DNA of 32,147 nucleotides. Origin: Bacillota bacterium. GTDB taxonomy: Bacteria; Bacillota; Sulfobacillia; JAJZYS01; JAJYTV01. Positions 14,773 through 23,310 of this stretch are shown in pieces; the first letter of the stretch is position 1, and each line of letters starts with the position of its first letter. The notes under the pieces are model-generated. The model was not told the DNA's origin. It searched no databases and worked only from the letters and a program-made list of their open reading frames with translations. The stretch spans positions 1-32,147 of the forward strand of contig JAJYNV010000096.1 in the NCBI GenBank assembly GCA_021786135.1, in the 5' to 3' direction. Position numbers and translations under genes: made by a program.

Positions 14773-16665
14773 CTAACCGGACTTCTCGCGGAGCAGTCGC
14801 TGTGCCCGCCCTAGAGCCTGCTCCGCGGCACGCAGCTCCTCGGCGTCCGGCGGGACCTTGCCATAGTGCGCCGCCTCCAGCACCTCGAGAGCTGGCCAGG
14901 CGGCTTCCTGAGCCTGCCCTGGCAGCGATCGGACCTCTTCGCGCCAGGTCGGGCGCCCTTGGCACCTGTCGCGGGTCATACGTTCCAGCCGACGCTCCAG
15001 TCGGCCGAGGCGCCAGCCGGGACTGCGGCGCAGCCGGACGACACGCAAGGTGGAGGCGACCGCGATCAGCGCGAGGAGCGCAGCCAGGGGCCAAGAGGGG
15101 GAGTAGCCCCGCACGCTCGCCGCATAGGGCTTCGGTGTGCGCGTGGCCGGGTGGGCGGGGACGGCGGCCGGTCCGGGGGTGGGATCGATCTGCACCCAGC
15201 CGTAAGGGGCGACGTCGATCTGAGCCCAGGAATGCGCATCCTCGGCGCGCAGTGTTTCGGTCTTGGCGGACGGGTCCCAGACGCCGGGCGCGAAACCCAC
15301 CACCCACCGCGCAGGCAGGCCGTCCAGCCGCGCCAGCATGACGAAGGCGGTGGAGAATTGATCACAGTAGCCCTCGTGGCTGCGCAGGACGAAGCGGCCG
15401 ATTGGATCGCGGTGCCGGCTGGGCACGAAGTCCGGATTGTAGACTTCATGCAGGTCGAGATATTGGCTGATGCGCTGGGCAAGCGCCCACGGCCCGCCGC
15501 CGCCCCGCCTCAGGCGCGCAGCCAGCGGCGCGAGTTCACGTCGCAGGACGGTCGGCACCGCGAGGTCCTGCTTCGGCGCCGCGGCCAGCGGGACGAAGGT
15601 CGCCTTCGCCAGCAGGGACGCCGGCTGGGAGGGCACCATGAGCTGCCAGGTATAGGTGGGCGTTCCGGGCAGGAGGAGCGCATGCGAGGCGGGCAGGAAC
15701 ACGCCGCCTGTCGTGGCCGCCTCGGCCGTCAGTCCCACCGGCGTGCCTGTGTAGACGAGCGGTGCGATGCTGCCGGGTAGTACCTCCTGCACGGTGACGT
15801 GCCATAACGCCTGCGGCAGGCCCTGGCTCTGCGGCGACCAGAGCGGCGATGGCAGGGTGTGGGAGCCGAGCGCGATGCGCGGGCCCGGCGGCTCCACCCA
15901 CGCGACGCCGTTGAAGGTGTCGAAGGTGGCCTCCTGCCAATAGGCGGGGTGTGGTGCTCCGCGAACGATGAGAAGCGGTGCGGGTGACAGCGAGACCGGC
16001 TGGTTCACGTTCACCTGCGGCGGCAGCGATGCGCCACTCACGGCGACCCGCAACCCTGCGAGTCCCCGCACGACGCTGCCTGGCGGCTGGATGGACGGCG
16101 ACGGGGCCTGGGGCCAGAAGACGACCAGCACTAGACCCACGAGAGGCAGGGCAGCGAGCGGCACGGCAGGCCAGGGCACGCTCTCATCGTCGCCACCGAT
16201 CGCCAGCAGAACCACGCCAAGGCTCAGGTAGGCGAGTGTCGGCAGATCGGCGCCGATCGCCCAGATGCGACGGTTGAGCGCAAGCACGAGCGTGCCCATC
16301 AGCCAGAGCCAGGTAAGGCGCGTTCTTGCCGTCGCCTCTCCGAATACCTGCCAGCCAAGGAGCGATGTCAGCCACAGAAGCAGGCTCGTGACCGCCACCG
16401 CGACGGTATGAGGTCCACCTGAAAGGAGGAGGTGCCAGAGCGATCCCGGCATGAGGGTGGGGAGAGAAGCCAGCAGGCCCAGCAGCAGGGCCAGGAACCA
16501 GCGCAGCAGGTAGCGCAGGCGGCCAGGTCCGGCGGCGATGGCGAGGAACACTGGCAGGGAGGCCAGGAGAAGCGGGCGCGGCATACCACTGGCGACTGCG
16601 TAGGGCCAGATGAGCAGGCCCAGCCATACGCTACGCAGGAGGCGAAGGCTCCGGCTGCGGGTCAT
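14773..16665 (-). CDS. transglutaminase-domain membrane protein (TgpA/DUF3488-like)
   Basis: ATG at 16665 overlaps the DUF58 stop (ATGA). The N-terminal half is polytopic. The transglutaminase core shows Cys (SHEGYCDQFSTAFVMLARLDGLPARWVVGF), His (DAHSWAQI) and Asp (WVQIDPT). There is a C-terminal TM segment and a helical tail. The first 47 codons of the track ORF overlap the DUF58 gene. Confidence 0.8.
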   Translation of the reverse strand: MTRSRSLRLLRSVWLGLLIWPYAVASGMPRPLLLASLPVFLAIAAGPGRLRYLLRWFLALLLGLLASLPTLMPGSLWHLLLSGGPHTVAVAVTSLLLWLTSLLGWQVFGEATARTRLTWLWLMGTLVLALNRRIWAIGADLPTLAYLSLGVVLLAIGGDDESVPWPAVPLAALPLVGLVLVVFWPQAPSPSIQPPGSVVRGLAGLRVAVSGASLPPQVNVNQPVSLSPAPLLIVRGAPHPAYWQEATFDTFNGVAWVEPPGPRIALGSHTLPSPLWSPQSQGLPQALWHVTVQEVLPGSIAPLVYTGTPVGLTAEAATTGGVFLPASHALLLPGTPTYTWQLMVPSQPASLLAKATFVPLAAAPKQDLAVPTVLRRELAPLAARLRRGGGGPWALAQRISQYLDLHEVYNPDFVPSRHRDPIGRFVLRSHEGYCDQFSTAFVMLARLDGLPARWVVGFAPGVWDPSAKTETLRAEDAHSWAQIDVAPYGWVQIDPTPGPAAVPAHPATRTPKPYAASVRGYSPSWPLAALLALIAVASTLRVVRLRRSPGWRLGRLERRLERMTRDRCQGRPTWREEVRSLPGQAQEAAWPALEVLEAAHYGKVPPDAEELRAAEQALGRAQRLLREKSG

Positions 16666-17714
16666 GACGCAAAGCTCCGCGCCCAAAGGGCCAGATCGCC
16701 GAGGACCGTGATCGCATCCTCGCCCAGATCGCACCCGACGCGCAGCAAGACGGCCGCCGCGGCGGCGGGCGGCTGCTGAGCGGCGGTGCCAGCCAGGATC
16801 AGCCAAGGCTCGCCATGCCCGTCGGGAAGAGCGGGCAGGGCGTCCGCGGCCGCGAGCCGTCCCGAAGACGCCAGGGCGAGTTCCTGCAGGATGCGTCGGC
16901 GCTGGCCTTCGCCGGCTGCTGGCGGCACGCTGGCCCCGCCCAGGCTGAGACCGACGCTGAGACCTGCCGTGAGGAGCGCCTCGGCGAGCGAGGCCGCGAC
17001 AGAGATGGCAAGCTCGAGGTCGGCCACCGACGCGTTCGGAGCGAAGAGCCGCAGTGTGCGGGCGTGTTCCGGTGGAGGCGTGGATTCCCGCACCTGCGGA
17101 TACCCGCGCTGGGCCGTCCGCGCCGCGTGCAGGCGGCTCGGGCGATCGCCTGGCAGGAAGTCCCGCGTGCCGCGCGCGACCTCCTCGTGGCCGGAGGACT
17201 CGTCCCTCAGCCTAGGCGCCGGGAGGGCGACGCGCTCGGGATAGACGATCAGATCGCCTGGGAGCGGCAACTCCAGGTTACGCTCGATCAGACCGAGTCC
17301 GTCGCGCAGGGTGACGCGGCAGAGACGGAACCGGTATTGCCCGCGGGGCACTGACCGCATTGTGTAGGCGACGGCGAGGCGCCCTCCCAGGTGCCAGGGG
17401 CCGGAGCCTCCGTGCAGGGGTGCTGGCGGTTCGTCCTCGAGTCGCAGGAGCACGACGGGCCAGCCAAGGCCGAGGTGGCCCTCGATGCGCACCTCGACGT
17501 CGTCCCCTGCCATCGGAGGCTCATGCGGCAACATCCGGCGCAGGTGCACCTGAGGGTTTCGGCCCGGCGCCAGCGCGGCGCCGATGGCGAGCAAGCCTGC
17601 GATGCCTGTGACTGCTACAATTCCTGCGCCAAGCCTGCCGCCTGCCAGGATGCCGGCCAAGAGCAGGGCCAGCCACGGCCATAGGCCGGCCCAGCGCAGG
17701 CGTCGGAGCTTCAC
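16662..17714 (-). CDS. DUF58-family protein (MoxR-associated, vWA-like)
   Basis: GTG at 17714 overlaps the moxR stop (GTGA). It has N-terminal TM segments (WPWLALLLAGILAGG, IVAVTGIAGLLAIGAAL). It has the DUF58-type block RGTRDFLPGDRPSRLH. It occupies the middle position of the canonical MoxR-DUF58-transglutaminase trio. Confidence 0.7.
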   Translation of the reverse strand: MKLRRLRWAGLWPWLALLLAGILAGGRLGAGIVAVTGIAGLLAIGAALAPGRNPQVHLRRMLPHEPPMAGDDVEVRIEGHLGLGWPVVLLRLEDEPPAPLHGGSGPWHLGGRLAVAYTMRSVPRGQYRFRLCRVTLRDGLGLIERNLELPLPGDLIVYPERVALPAPRLRDESSGHEEVARGTRDFLPGDRPSRLHAARTAQRGYPQVRESTPPPEHARTLRLFAPNASVADLELAISVAASLAEALLTAGLSVGLSLGGASVPPAAGEGQRRRILQELALASSGRLAAADALPALPDGHGEPWLILAGTAAQQPPAAAAAVLLRVGCDLGEDAITVLGDLALWARSFAS

Positions 17715-18664
17715 GGCTGTGCGCTGCGAGGGAGGGGAAGGGACGCGACGATCTCCCCTAGGCAAGCCTCGGCAGTCGAAGCACGGCAGCGCAGACGATG
17801 ACCCAGCACCCAGGGCACGAGGGCGCGGATGTCATCGGGCAGGACGTGGGCGCGTCCGTGCAGGTAGGCCCAGACGCGCGCAGCGCGCAGGAGCGCGACA
17901 CCGGCGCGCGGGCTGGCGCCCAGCAGGACGTCCGCATGCACGCGCGTGGCGCGGACGAGGCCCTGGACGTAACCGCGGACGGAGGGAGCAACGTGCGTCG
18001 CCAATGCCGCACGCCGCAGCTCGAGGATCTCCCCCTTGGCGAGGACGCTCCTGAGCGGCGCTGGCCTGATCTCTGCGCTCATGCGGTCGAGGAGCCGGTC
18101 CTCTTCGGCCGCACTTGGATAGTCCAGGCGGATGCGGAACAGGAAGCGATCGAGTTCCGAAAGCGGCAGCGGGAACGTTCCTTCGTGTTCCGCAGGGTTC
18201 TGTGTCGCAAGGACCGTAAACGGCTCGGGCAGCGGGTAGGAGTGTCCTTCCACGGTGGCCTGGCCCTCTTCCATCGCTTCAAGCAGCGCGGACTGCGCGC
18301 GCGGCGATGCGCGATTCAGCTCGTCCACGAGCAGAAGTTCCGCAAAGATGGGACCGGGCCGGAAGGTGAAGGAGCGCTGCTCCGGATCGTAGATGTGAAC
18401 GCCGACCACATCGGCGGGCAAGAGGTCCGATGTGGCCTGCACGCGGTGAAAGCTCAGGTCGAGGGCCTGCGCCACGCTCTTCGCGAGCAGGGTCTTGCCG
18501 ACGCCGGGCACATCCTCGATCAGGATGTGCCCGCCGGCGAGGACGGCGCAGATGATGGCGAGCGCCGCATCCTCCTTGCCGACGATCCGGCGGCCCACTT
18601 CCTCGAGGACGAGCTCTATGCGCGGTTCAAAGCCCCGCGCGGCGACCAGGTGTCTGTCGTTCAT
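17711..18664 (-). CDS. MoxR-family AAA+ ATPase
   Basis: GGAGG lies upstream of the ATG at 18664. Walker A is EDVPGVGKTLLAK and Walker B is LLLVDELNRASPRAQSALLEAMEE. Other MoxR blocks are TVLATQNPAEHEGTFPLPLSELDRF and LGASPRAGVALLRAAR. Confidence 0.9.
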   Translation of the reverse strand: MNDRHLVAARGFEPRIELVLEEVGRRIVGKEDAALAIICAVLAGGHILIEDVPGVGKTLLAKSVAQALDLSFHRVQATSDLLPADVVGVHIYDPEQRSFTFRPGPIFAELLLVDELNRASPRAQSALLEAMEEGQATVEGHSYPLPEPFTVLATQNPAEHEGTFPLPLSELDRFLFRIRLDYPSAAEEDRLLDRMSAEIRPAPLRSVLAKGEILELRRAALATHVAPSVRGYVQGLVRATRVHADVLLGASPRAGVALLRAARVWAYLHGRAHVLPDDIRALVPWVLGHRLRCRASTAEACLGEIVASLPLPRSAQP

Positions 18665-18710
18665 GGTTCCTCCATGAGGCTTATGCTGGATTCGACGATA
18701 GCATAGCGCA

Positions 18711-18734
18711 GGTTGCGGCGCATGCGGCGCAACC
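18711..18734. promoter_or_regulatory. 24-nt near-perfect palindrome between moxR and the ECF sigma gene
   Basis: GGTTGCG-G-CGCATGCG-G-CGCAACC lies at 18711-18734. It has one central mismatch pair and sits in the 97-nt divergent intergenic region. Confidence 0.3.
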
Positions 18735-18761
18735 GCCGCGGGTGGCGGGTCGTTCTATCAT

Positions 18762-19292
18762 GTGTCCGGGGGCCGGAGCGGGGGGAAGGGCGTGCACGAG
18801 GACCGCGAAGCGGAGTTCGAGCGCTTCTATCGCAGCGAGGAGCGTCGGGTGCTGCGCCTGTGCTACGGAGTCCTGGGCGACTCCGAGCTCGCGCGTGACG
18901 CGGCGCAGGAGGCGTGGCTCCGCTATTTGCGCTACATCCAGGGCGAGAGGCCGGAGTATTCGGTTCCCCTGCTGGTGACGGTCGCCCTGAATGCCGCCCG
19001 GGACTGGCAGCGCAGGCGCAGGCGGCGGCTCGAGGAGCTGCGGCCTGACACGCCCGAGCATGCGGCGCCTTCGACAGCCGGGGGAGACCCTGACCTTATG
19101 GACGCTATGCGCCGTCTGCCGGATCAGGAGCGCGAGGCGATCCTGCTGCACTACGGACTTGATCTCCCGCTCGCCGACATCGCGCGGGTTCTTGAGAAAC
19201 GCACGGGGGCGGTAAAGAGCATTCTCCATCGGGGGCGCGCACATCTCAGGTCGCTGCTCGCGGCCGAGGAGGGGATCTCGAGTGGACACTAG
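18762..19292 (+). CDS. ECF-type RNA polymerase sigma factor
   Basis: Region 2 reads FERFYRSEERRVLRLCYGVLGDSELARDAAQEAWLRYL. Region 4 reads LPDQEREAILLHYGLDLPLADIARVLEKRTGAVKSILHRGRAHL. The start is uncertain: GTG at 18762 or GTG at 18792. Confidence 0.8.
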   Translation: MSGGRSGGKGVHEDREAEFERFYRSEERRVLRLCYGVLGDSELARDAAQEAWLRYLRYIQGERPEYSVPLLVTVALNAARDWQRRRRRRLEELRPDTPEHAAPSTAGGDPDLMDAMRRLPDQEREAILLHYGLDLPLADIARVLEKRTGAVKSILHRGRAHLRSLLAAEEGISSGH

Positions 19293-21528
19293 GGACGACG
19301 AGCGCTTCGAGGCGCGGCTCAAGGCGCTTGGCGATGCGATCGATCACGAAGTCGGCCCGAGCGATCCGCGCCTGCTCGAGAGGCTGGGGCAGGACCGCGA
19401 CGCGAGAGGAGGGCGGCGCAGAGAGCGGGCTGGCCGACATCACCGCCCGAATCGCTGGTACTACTGGGCGGCGGCTCTCCTCATCATTCTCGTCACAGTG
19501 CCGTACGTTGCGCACCTCACGCACGAATCGCAGCCCGCGACGCACCAGCAAAAGCAGAAGACGGTGCTGCGCGGCAACGGCAGCGGCCAACCGATCGTGA
19601 TCGGGGCAGCCGAGGCAGTCGACTTTGTCACCGCCCAACGAGGCTGGGTCGTCGTGGCGACCGGCGCCTACGCTTCGCGCAACGCACTGTTCGCGACAGG
19701 CGACGGCGGCAGGACCTGGAGCAGGCGGATGCTGCCCAAGGGCTACACGGCACTCGCGCTCCACTTCACGGGCGACCGCCAGGGTACGGGTTACGTGCTT
19801 GCGCAGGAGACCGGGCTTGGCCAGACCGGCGCGGCAGGACAGACGGTGCCCGTGGCCATCCTCGCTACGCCAGACGGCGGCAAGACATGGCGCGTCGCCT
19901 GGAGCGAGGCGGGACCACAGGCGCTCGCCAACGTCACGGTGACGATGCGGGTCGGCTTCCAGTTCTTCGGCAGCCAGGGCTACGCCTACGTAGGCGACAA
20001 GATCCTGACGACCGAGAGCGGCCAGAGCAGCTGGTCACCGCTCACTCTGCCCCAGGGCTTTGCCCCGGTGCACATGGACTTCCTGACCCAAAGCACCGGC
20101 TTCGTGGCCGGACAGGTCTGTCAGACCTCGCCGCAGCCCGGGACGGCCGGGGGCAGCGGCTGTACCGCACGGCTGATCGAGACCAGGGACGGCGGCCGGA
20201 CCTGGCAGACCGTCTTCACGGCACCGGAGCAGAACTACTGGAACTACTCGGATGCTGTCAGCTTCGCGAGCGCAAGGGACGGCTGGTTCTTCCTCAAGGA
20301 TTCCGCCACCTGGGGCGGCTACCTCTACCAGACGACCGACGGCGGGCAGCACTGGGTGCTTGAGCAGGGCAGCCGGTCGGGGCCGAACAACTTCGCGCAG
20401 GGCCGCACCGTCTATGGACCGCCGACCTTCGTCACATCCAAGGTGGGGTGGCTGCCGATCGATGAAGGGGCAGCGCCGTATCCTGGCGGGCTGATGATCA
20501 CGCGCGATGGCGGCCGGACGTGGACGCAGACGTCGATGAACCTCGACTGGAGCCTGAACGGTGTCTCGCTCGTGTCGCCCGAGGTGGGTTACGCGGTCGG
20601 AGGCGGCGGCACGGCGCAACAGGGCTTCCTGGTCAAGACCGTGGACGGCGGCAAGAGATGGACGCAGATCCTGCCTTCCCTGACACCGACCGCGCTCATC
20701 GACTTCCCGGACGCGACGCATGGCTTCGGTGTCGGCGTGACATCGGATCCCGAGGCCGTTCTGACGACACGGGACGGCGGCATGACCTGGCATGAGATCT
20801 ACCGTGCGGCCAATCCGGTTCAGGCGCTGTCGTTTGTCGGGCAAAGAGTGGGGTACATGGCTACGGCGGCGCAGAGCGGCCAGTCCCTCACGCTGCTCAA
20901 GACGACGGACGGGGGCCGCAGCTGGGATCAGACTGCGTCGCTGCCGATCGCGAACGGGGTGCTGCTCGGCACGAATCCATACCTGAACTTCCGAGACGCG
21001 CGGCGGGGCGTCATGCAGACGTCGATCTACCCGGACGTGGCGTTCTCCGCCACGGTAGACGGCGGCAAGACATGGACCGCGCTGTCCAGCCAGCCGGCCA
21101 CGCCGGGCACGTTCCAGCAGTTCGCATTCACCTCCCAGGCAGGGTACAGGCTGCTGACCGTGCCGGGTTCGAGCCAGTCACAGCCGAGCACCGTGACCTT
21201 GGCAAGGACGATCGACGGCGGCAGGAGCTACGACATCATCCACACCTGGCAGGGGATCGGGCAAGGAGCCGCCGTCTTCTTCCTGAGCGCCCGGGTGGGG
21301 TGGGTCGCGATGCAGGAGAACCCCTACACGCAGAATGCGTCGACGATCGTGCTGGCGACCAGGGACGGCGGCGCCACGTGGACCGCGTCATCGACGCGGA
21401 TGACGCTGCAGGACTTCAGTACGCAGCTCGAGATGCAGTTCCCGACAGCACAGGACGGCTGGCTGATGGGGCTCGGCAGTCTCTATCGCACGCTTGACGG
21501 CGGTCGGACCTGGCAGCAGATGCCCTGA
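19282..21528 (+). CDS. single-pass membrane protein, putative anti-sigma factor, with 12 Asp-box (BNR) repeats in a Ycf48-like beta-propeller ectodomain
   Basis: GTG at 19282 lies 7 nt after GAGGAGGGG and overlaps the sigma gene by 11 nt. A cytoplasmic segment of about 55 aa is followed by a TM segment (WYYWAAALLIILVTVPYVAHL). Twelve repeats of x-D-G-G-x-[TS]-W follow, for example GDGGRTW, PDGGKTW, RDGGRTW, TDGGQHW and LDGGRTW. Confidence 0.8.
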   Translation: MDTRDDERFEARLKALGDAIDHEVGPSDPRLLERLGQDRDARGGRRRERAGRHHRPNRWYYWAAALLIILVTVPYVAHLTHESQPATHQQKQKTVLRGNGSGQPIVIGAAEAVDFVTAQRGWVVVATGAYASRNALFATGDGGRTWSRRMLPKGYTALALHFTGDRQGTGYVLAQETGLGQTGAAGQTVPVAILATPDGGKTWRVAWSEAGPQALANVTVTMRVGFQFFGSQGYAYVGDKILTTESGQSSWSPLTLPQGFAPVHMDFLTQSTGFVAGQVCQTSPQPGTAGGSGCTARLIETRDGGRTWQTVFTAPEQNYWNYSDAVSFASARDGWFFLKDSATWGGYLYQTTDGGQHWVLEQGSRSGPNNFAQGRTVYGPPTFVTSKVGWLPIDEGAAPYPGGLMITRDGGRTWTQTSMNLDWSLNGVSLVSPEVGYAVGGGGTAQQGFLVKTVDGGKRWTQILPSLTPTALIDFPDATHGFGVGVTSDPEAVLTTRDGGMTWHEIYRAANPVQALSFVGQRVGYMATAAQSGQSLTLLKTTDGGRSWDQTASLPIANGVLLGTNPYLNFRDARRGVMQTSIYPDVAFSATVDGGKTWTALSSQPATPGTFQQFAFTSQAGYRLLTVPGSSQSQPSTVTLARTIDGGRSYDIIHTWQGIGQGAAVFFLSARVGWVAMQENPYTQNASTIVLATRDGGATWTASSTRMTLQDFSTQLEMQFPTAQDGWLMGLGSLYRTLDGGRTWQQMP

Positions 21529-21532
21529 CATG

Positions 21533-21564
21533 GAGCCGCCGTGGCTGAGAAGTCACGGCGGCTC
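21533..21564. terminator. 11-bp hairpin between convergent genes (bidirectional terminator candidate)
   Basis: GAGCCGCCGTG (21533-21543) pairs with CACGGCGGCTC (21554-21564) around a 10-nt loop. It lies between the stop at 21528 (+) and the stop at 21589 (-). Confidence 0.45.
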
Positions 21565-21588
21565 GAGCGCGTCTTGGCCGTGGCCTGC

Positions 21589-22089
21589 CTACTGGAGGCT
21601 CCCCAGGTATCGCCCGAGATCCAGCCATGCCGCGTCGTTGAAATGCGCATTGGCACGGCTCGTCGAAGGCAGCACGAAGATGCGGGTCTGGCCGATCGTC
21701 TCTACCTGCAGCCCGTAGTCCGCCTGGCGGCCAAGAAACGCCCGTCCCGGCCGCTTGCCGTTGAAGGCGAGGACCTGCGGCTTTGCCGCGAGGATGCGCC
21801 GGCGCAGCGCTTCAGGTTGGTCGCTACCTTTCGGTAGCAGAGCGTCAGAGCCCGACACCTCCTTGGCCAGATCGGTGAGGCCGATCCCCCATGCGAGGAC
21901 GTGGCGGAACTCCTCTGGACGCAGGAGCCTGGGCGTCAGGTCCAGGCGATAGAGAAGCGCCCAGAAGCGGTTGCCGGGTCCCGCATAGTAGGCACCGACC
22001 TCGGCTGAGCGCCGTCCCGCGGCGCTGCCGCAGAATACTACCTTCAGGTCCTTTGCCAGCACGTCCGGAAGGACCTCGCCACCGTCCAA
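21589..22089 (-). CDS. Mug/TDG-like (UDG superfamily) DNA glycosylase homolog with a non-canonical active-site motif
   Basis: TTG at 22089 lies 6 nt after GGAGGTG. The translation aligns by eye with E. coli Mug: DLKVVFCGSAAGRRSAEVGAYYAGPGNRFWALLY against [34 protein letters not shown], and RIFVLPSTSRAN against QIWVLPNPSGLS. The rest of track ORF 21589..22941 is antisense to the next gene and is not coding. Confidence 0.75.
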   Translation of the reverse strand: MDGGEVLPDVLAKDLKVVFCGSAAGRRSAEVGAYYAGPGNRFWALLYRLDLTPRLLRPEEFRHVLAWGIGLTDLAKEVSGSDALLPKGSDQPEALRRRILAAKPQVLAFNGKRPGRAFLGRQADYGLQVETIGQTRIFVLPSTSRANAHFNDAAWLDLGRYLGSLQ

Positions 22090-22194
22090 GCTGGGCACCT
22101 CCGTGAAAGTTGCCTCCACGCTAAAGGTACTGGAGTGCCGATGGCGAACGCCAAGGCATGTCACCCCCGCGAATGGGCGAAGGAGGCAAGTCCA

Positions 22195-22992
22195 ATGGTG
22201 AAGCTGGACAATGCCGGTGATGCTCCGGGCGAGATCCGTTGCGGCAGCAGGCTGCCGCAGGCCGACGGCGTTGGCGGCGGAGGATCTGGCAGTCCGAAGA
22301 TGCTCGTACTCCTGGCCTGCACGAGGCAGAAGGCGGAGACGCCTCAGGATCCTCTGACGTGGCAGGACTTTCTGGACCATGAACGGCTGCAGCAGCGCAC
22401 CGACGAACTCAAGGCCTATATGAGGCCAGCCCGCGACATGTTCACCTCTCCGCTCTTCCTCGAGTCGCTCGAGGCCGTGGCGAATTTGCGCAAGACGTTT
22501 GGTCAGGACGCGGTCAGCGTCCTGATCGTTTCTGCGGCGTACGGCGCGATTGCGGAAAGCCAGCAGGTCGTGCCTTATGACGTGTCGTTCGGGGATGTGA
22601 GTCTCGAGGAGGCCCGCTGGCGCGGGGAACACCTGGGGCTTCCCGCAGCGGTGCGCGAGGCGAGCGCTGGATATCCGCTGGTGCTGTCGCTGCTCGGCAA
22701 GGGCTATCGCGCTGCGGCCGATCTGCCTGGCGACGACGAACTGCCAGGCAAGCGCATCTATCTCACGGGCACACACGGCTTGGGCTGGCTGCCCGAGGGC
22801 GCCAGCCAGGTGCGGCTTGGCGCCGCGGAGATGGAGGCCTTCGGCGCGGGCCCGATGACGGTGAAATCCAAGGTGCTGAGGTATTTTGCCAAGGGTCTCG
22901 AGCGCGGCGGGCTGGGAGCGTTCGCCGACGTGCTGGACCACATAGGCGCCGAGGGGTTCCTGCGCGTAGCCCTGGCTGGCCGCGATATCTAG
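22195..22992 (+). CDS. hypothetical protein, DUF6884-like layout
   Basis: ATG at 22195 lies 8 nt after GAAGGAGG (22179-22186). An alternative ATG at 22300 gives MLVLLACTRQK. Its layout, LLACTRQK .. PARDMFTSPLF .. VLIVSAAYGAIAESQQVVPYDVSF, matches the C-x-x-x-K / LSA-x-YG / PYD pattern I recall for DUF6884. This needs HMM confirmation. Confidence 0.6.
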   Translation: MVKLDNAGDAPGEIRCGSRLPQADGVGGGGSGSPKMLVLLACTRQKAETPQDPLTWQDFLDHERLQQRTDELKAYMRPARDMFTSPLFLESLEAVANLRKTFGQDAVSVLIVSAAYGAIAESQQVVPYDVSFGDVSLEEARWRGEHLGLPAAVREASAGYPLVLSLLGKGYRAAADLPGDDELPGKRIYLTGTHGLGWLPEGASQVRLGAAEMEAFGAGPMTVKSKVLRYFAKGLERGGLGAFADVLDHIGAEGFLRVALAGRDI

Positions 22993-23012
22993 CTTTTGGT
23001 GAGCAAATGGGA

Positions 23013-23038
23013 CCGGGCACGGCTTCTGCCGTGCCCGG
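23013..23038. terminator. 11-bp hairpin between convergent genes, nested in an outer 8-bp stem (bidirectional terminator)
   Basis: CCGGGCACGGC-ttct-GCCGTGCCCGG lies at 23013-23038. The outer pair is GTGAGCAA (22999-23006) with TTGCTCAC (23040-23047), followed by T5. It sits between the stop at 22992 (+) and the ferredoxin stop at 23044 (-). Confidence 0.55.
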
Positions 23039-23043
23039 CTTGC

Positions 23044-23286
23044 TCACTTTTTGAAGTAGTCGCGGTTGACCTCGATGAAGGACTCCCACTGGGAGGGCAG
23101 CATGCCTTCCTCGAAGATGGCCTGAACCGGGCACACCGCCTCGCAGGCACCGCAGTTGATGCACTCGTCCGGGTCGATATACAGCTGCGGGTCGTCGTCC
23201 TTGCCGTGAATGCAATCGACGGGACAGACGTCGACGCAGGACTTGTCCTTGGTCCCGATGCAAGGTTCCGCGATCACGTAGGCCAT
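23044..23286 (-). CDS. fdxA: 7Fe ferredoxin ([3Fe-4S][4Fe-4S], FdxA type)
   Basis: MAYVIAEPCIGTKDKSCVDVCPVDCIHG..LYIDPDECINCGACEAVCPVQAIFEE matches the actinobacterial/Azotobacter-type 7Fe ferredoxin cysteine pattern. GGAGG lies upstream. Confidence 0.9.
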   Translation of the reverse strand: MAYVIAEPCIGTKDKSCVDVCPVDCIHGKDDDPQLYIDPDECINCGACEAVCPVQAIFEEGMLPSQWESFIEVNRDYFKK

Positions 23287-23310
23287 CCGGTGATCCCTCC
23301 TGGGACAAGG

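Noticed and set aside
22090-22941. The upstream 284 codons of track ORF 21589..22941(-).
   Set aside because: Only the last 166 codons look like a glycosylase, and a GGAGGTG-N6-TTG start fits at 22089. The upstream part is antisense to the better-supported + strand gene 22195..22992.
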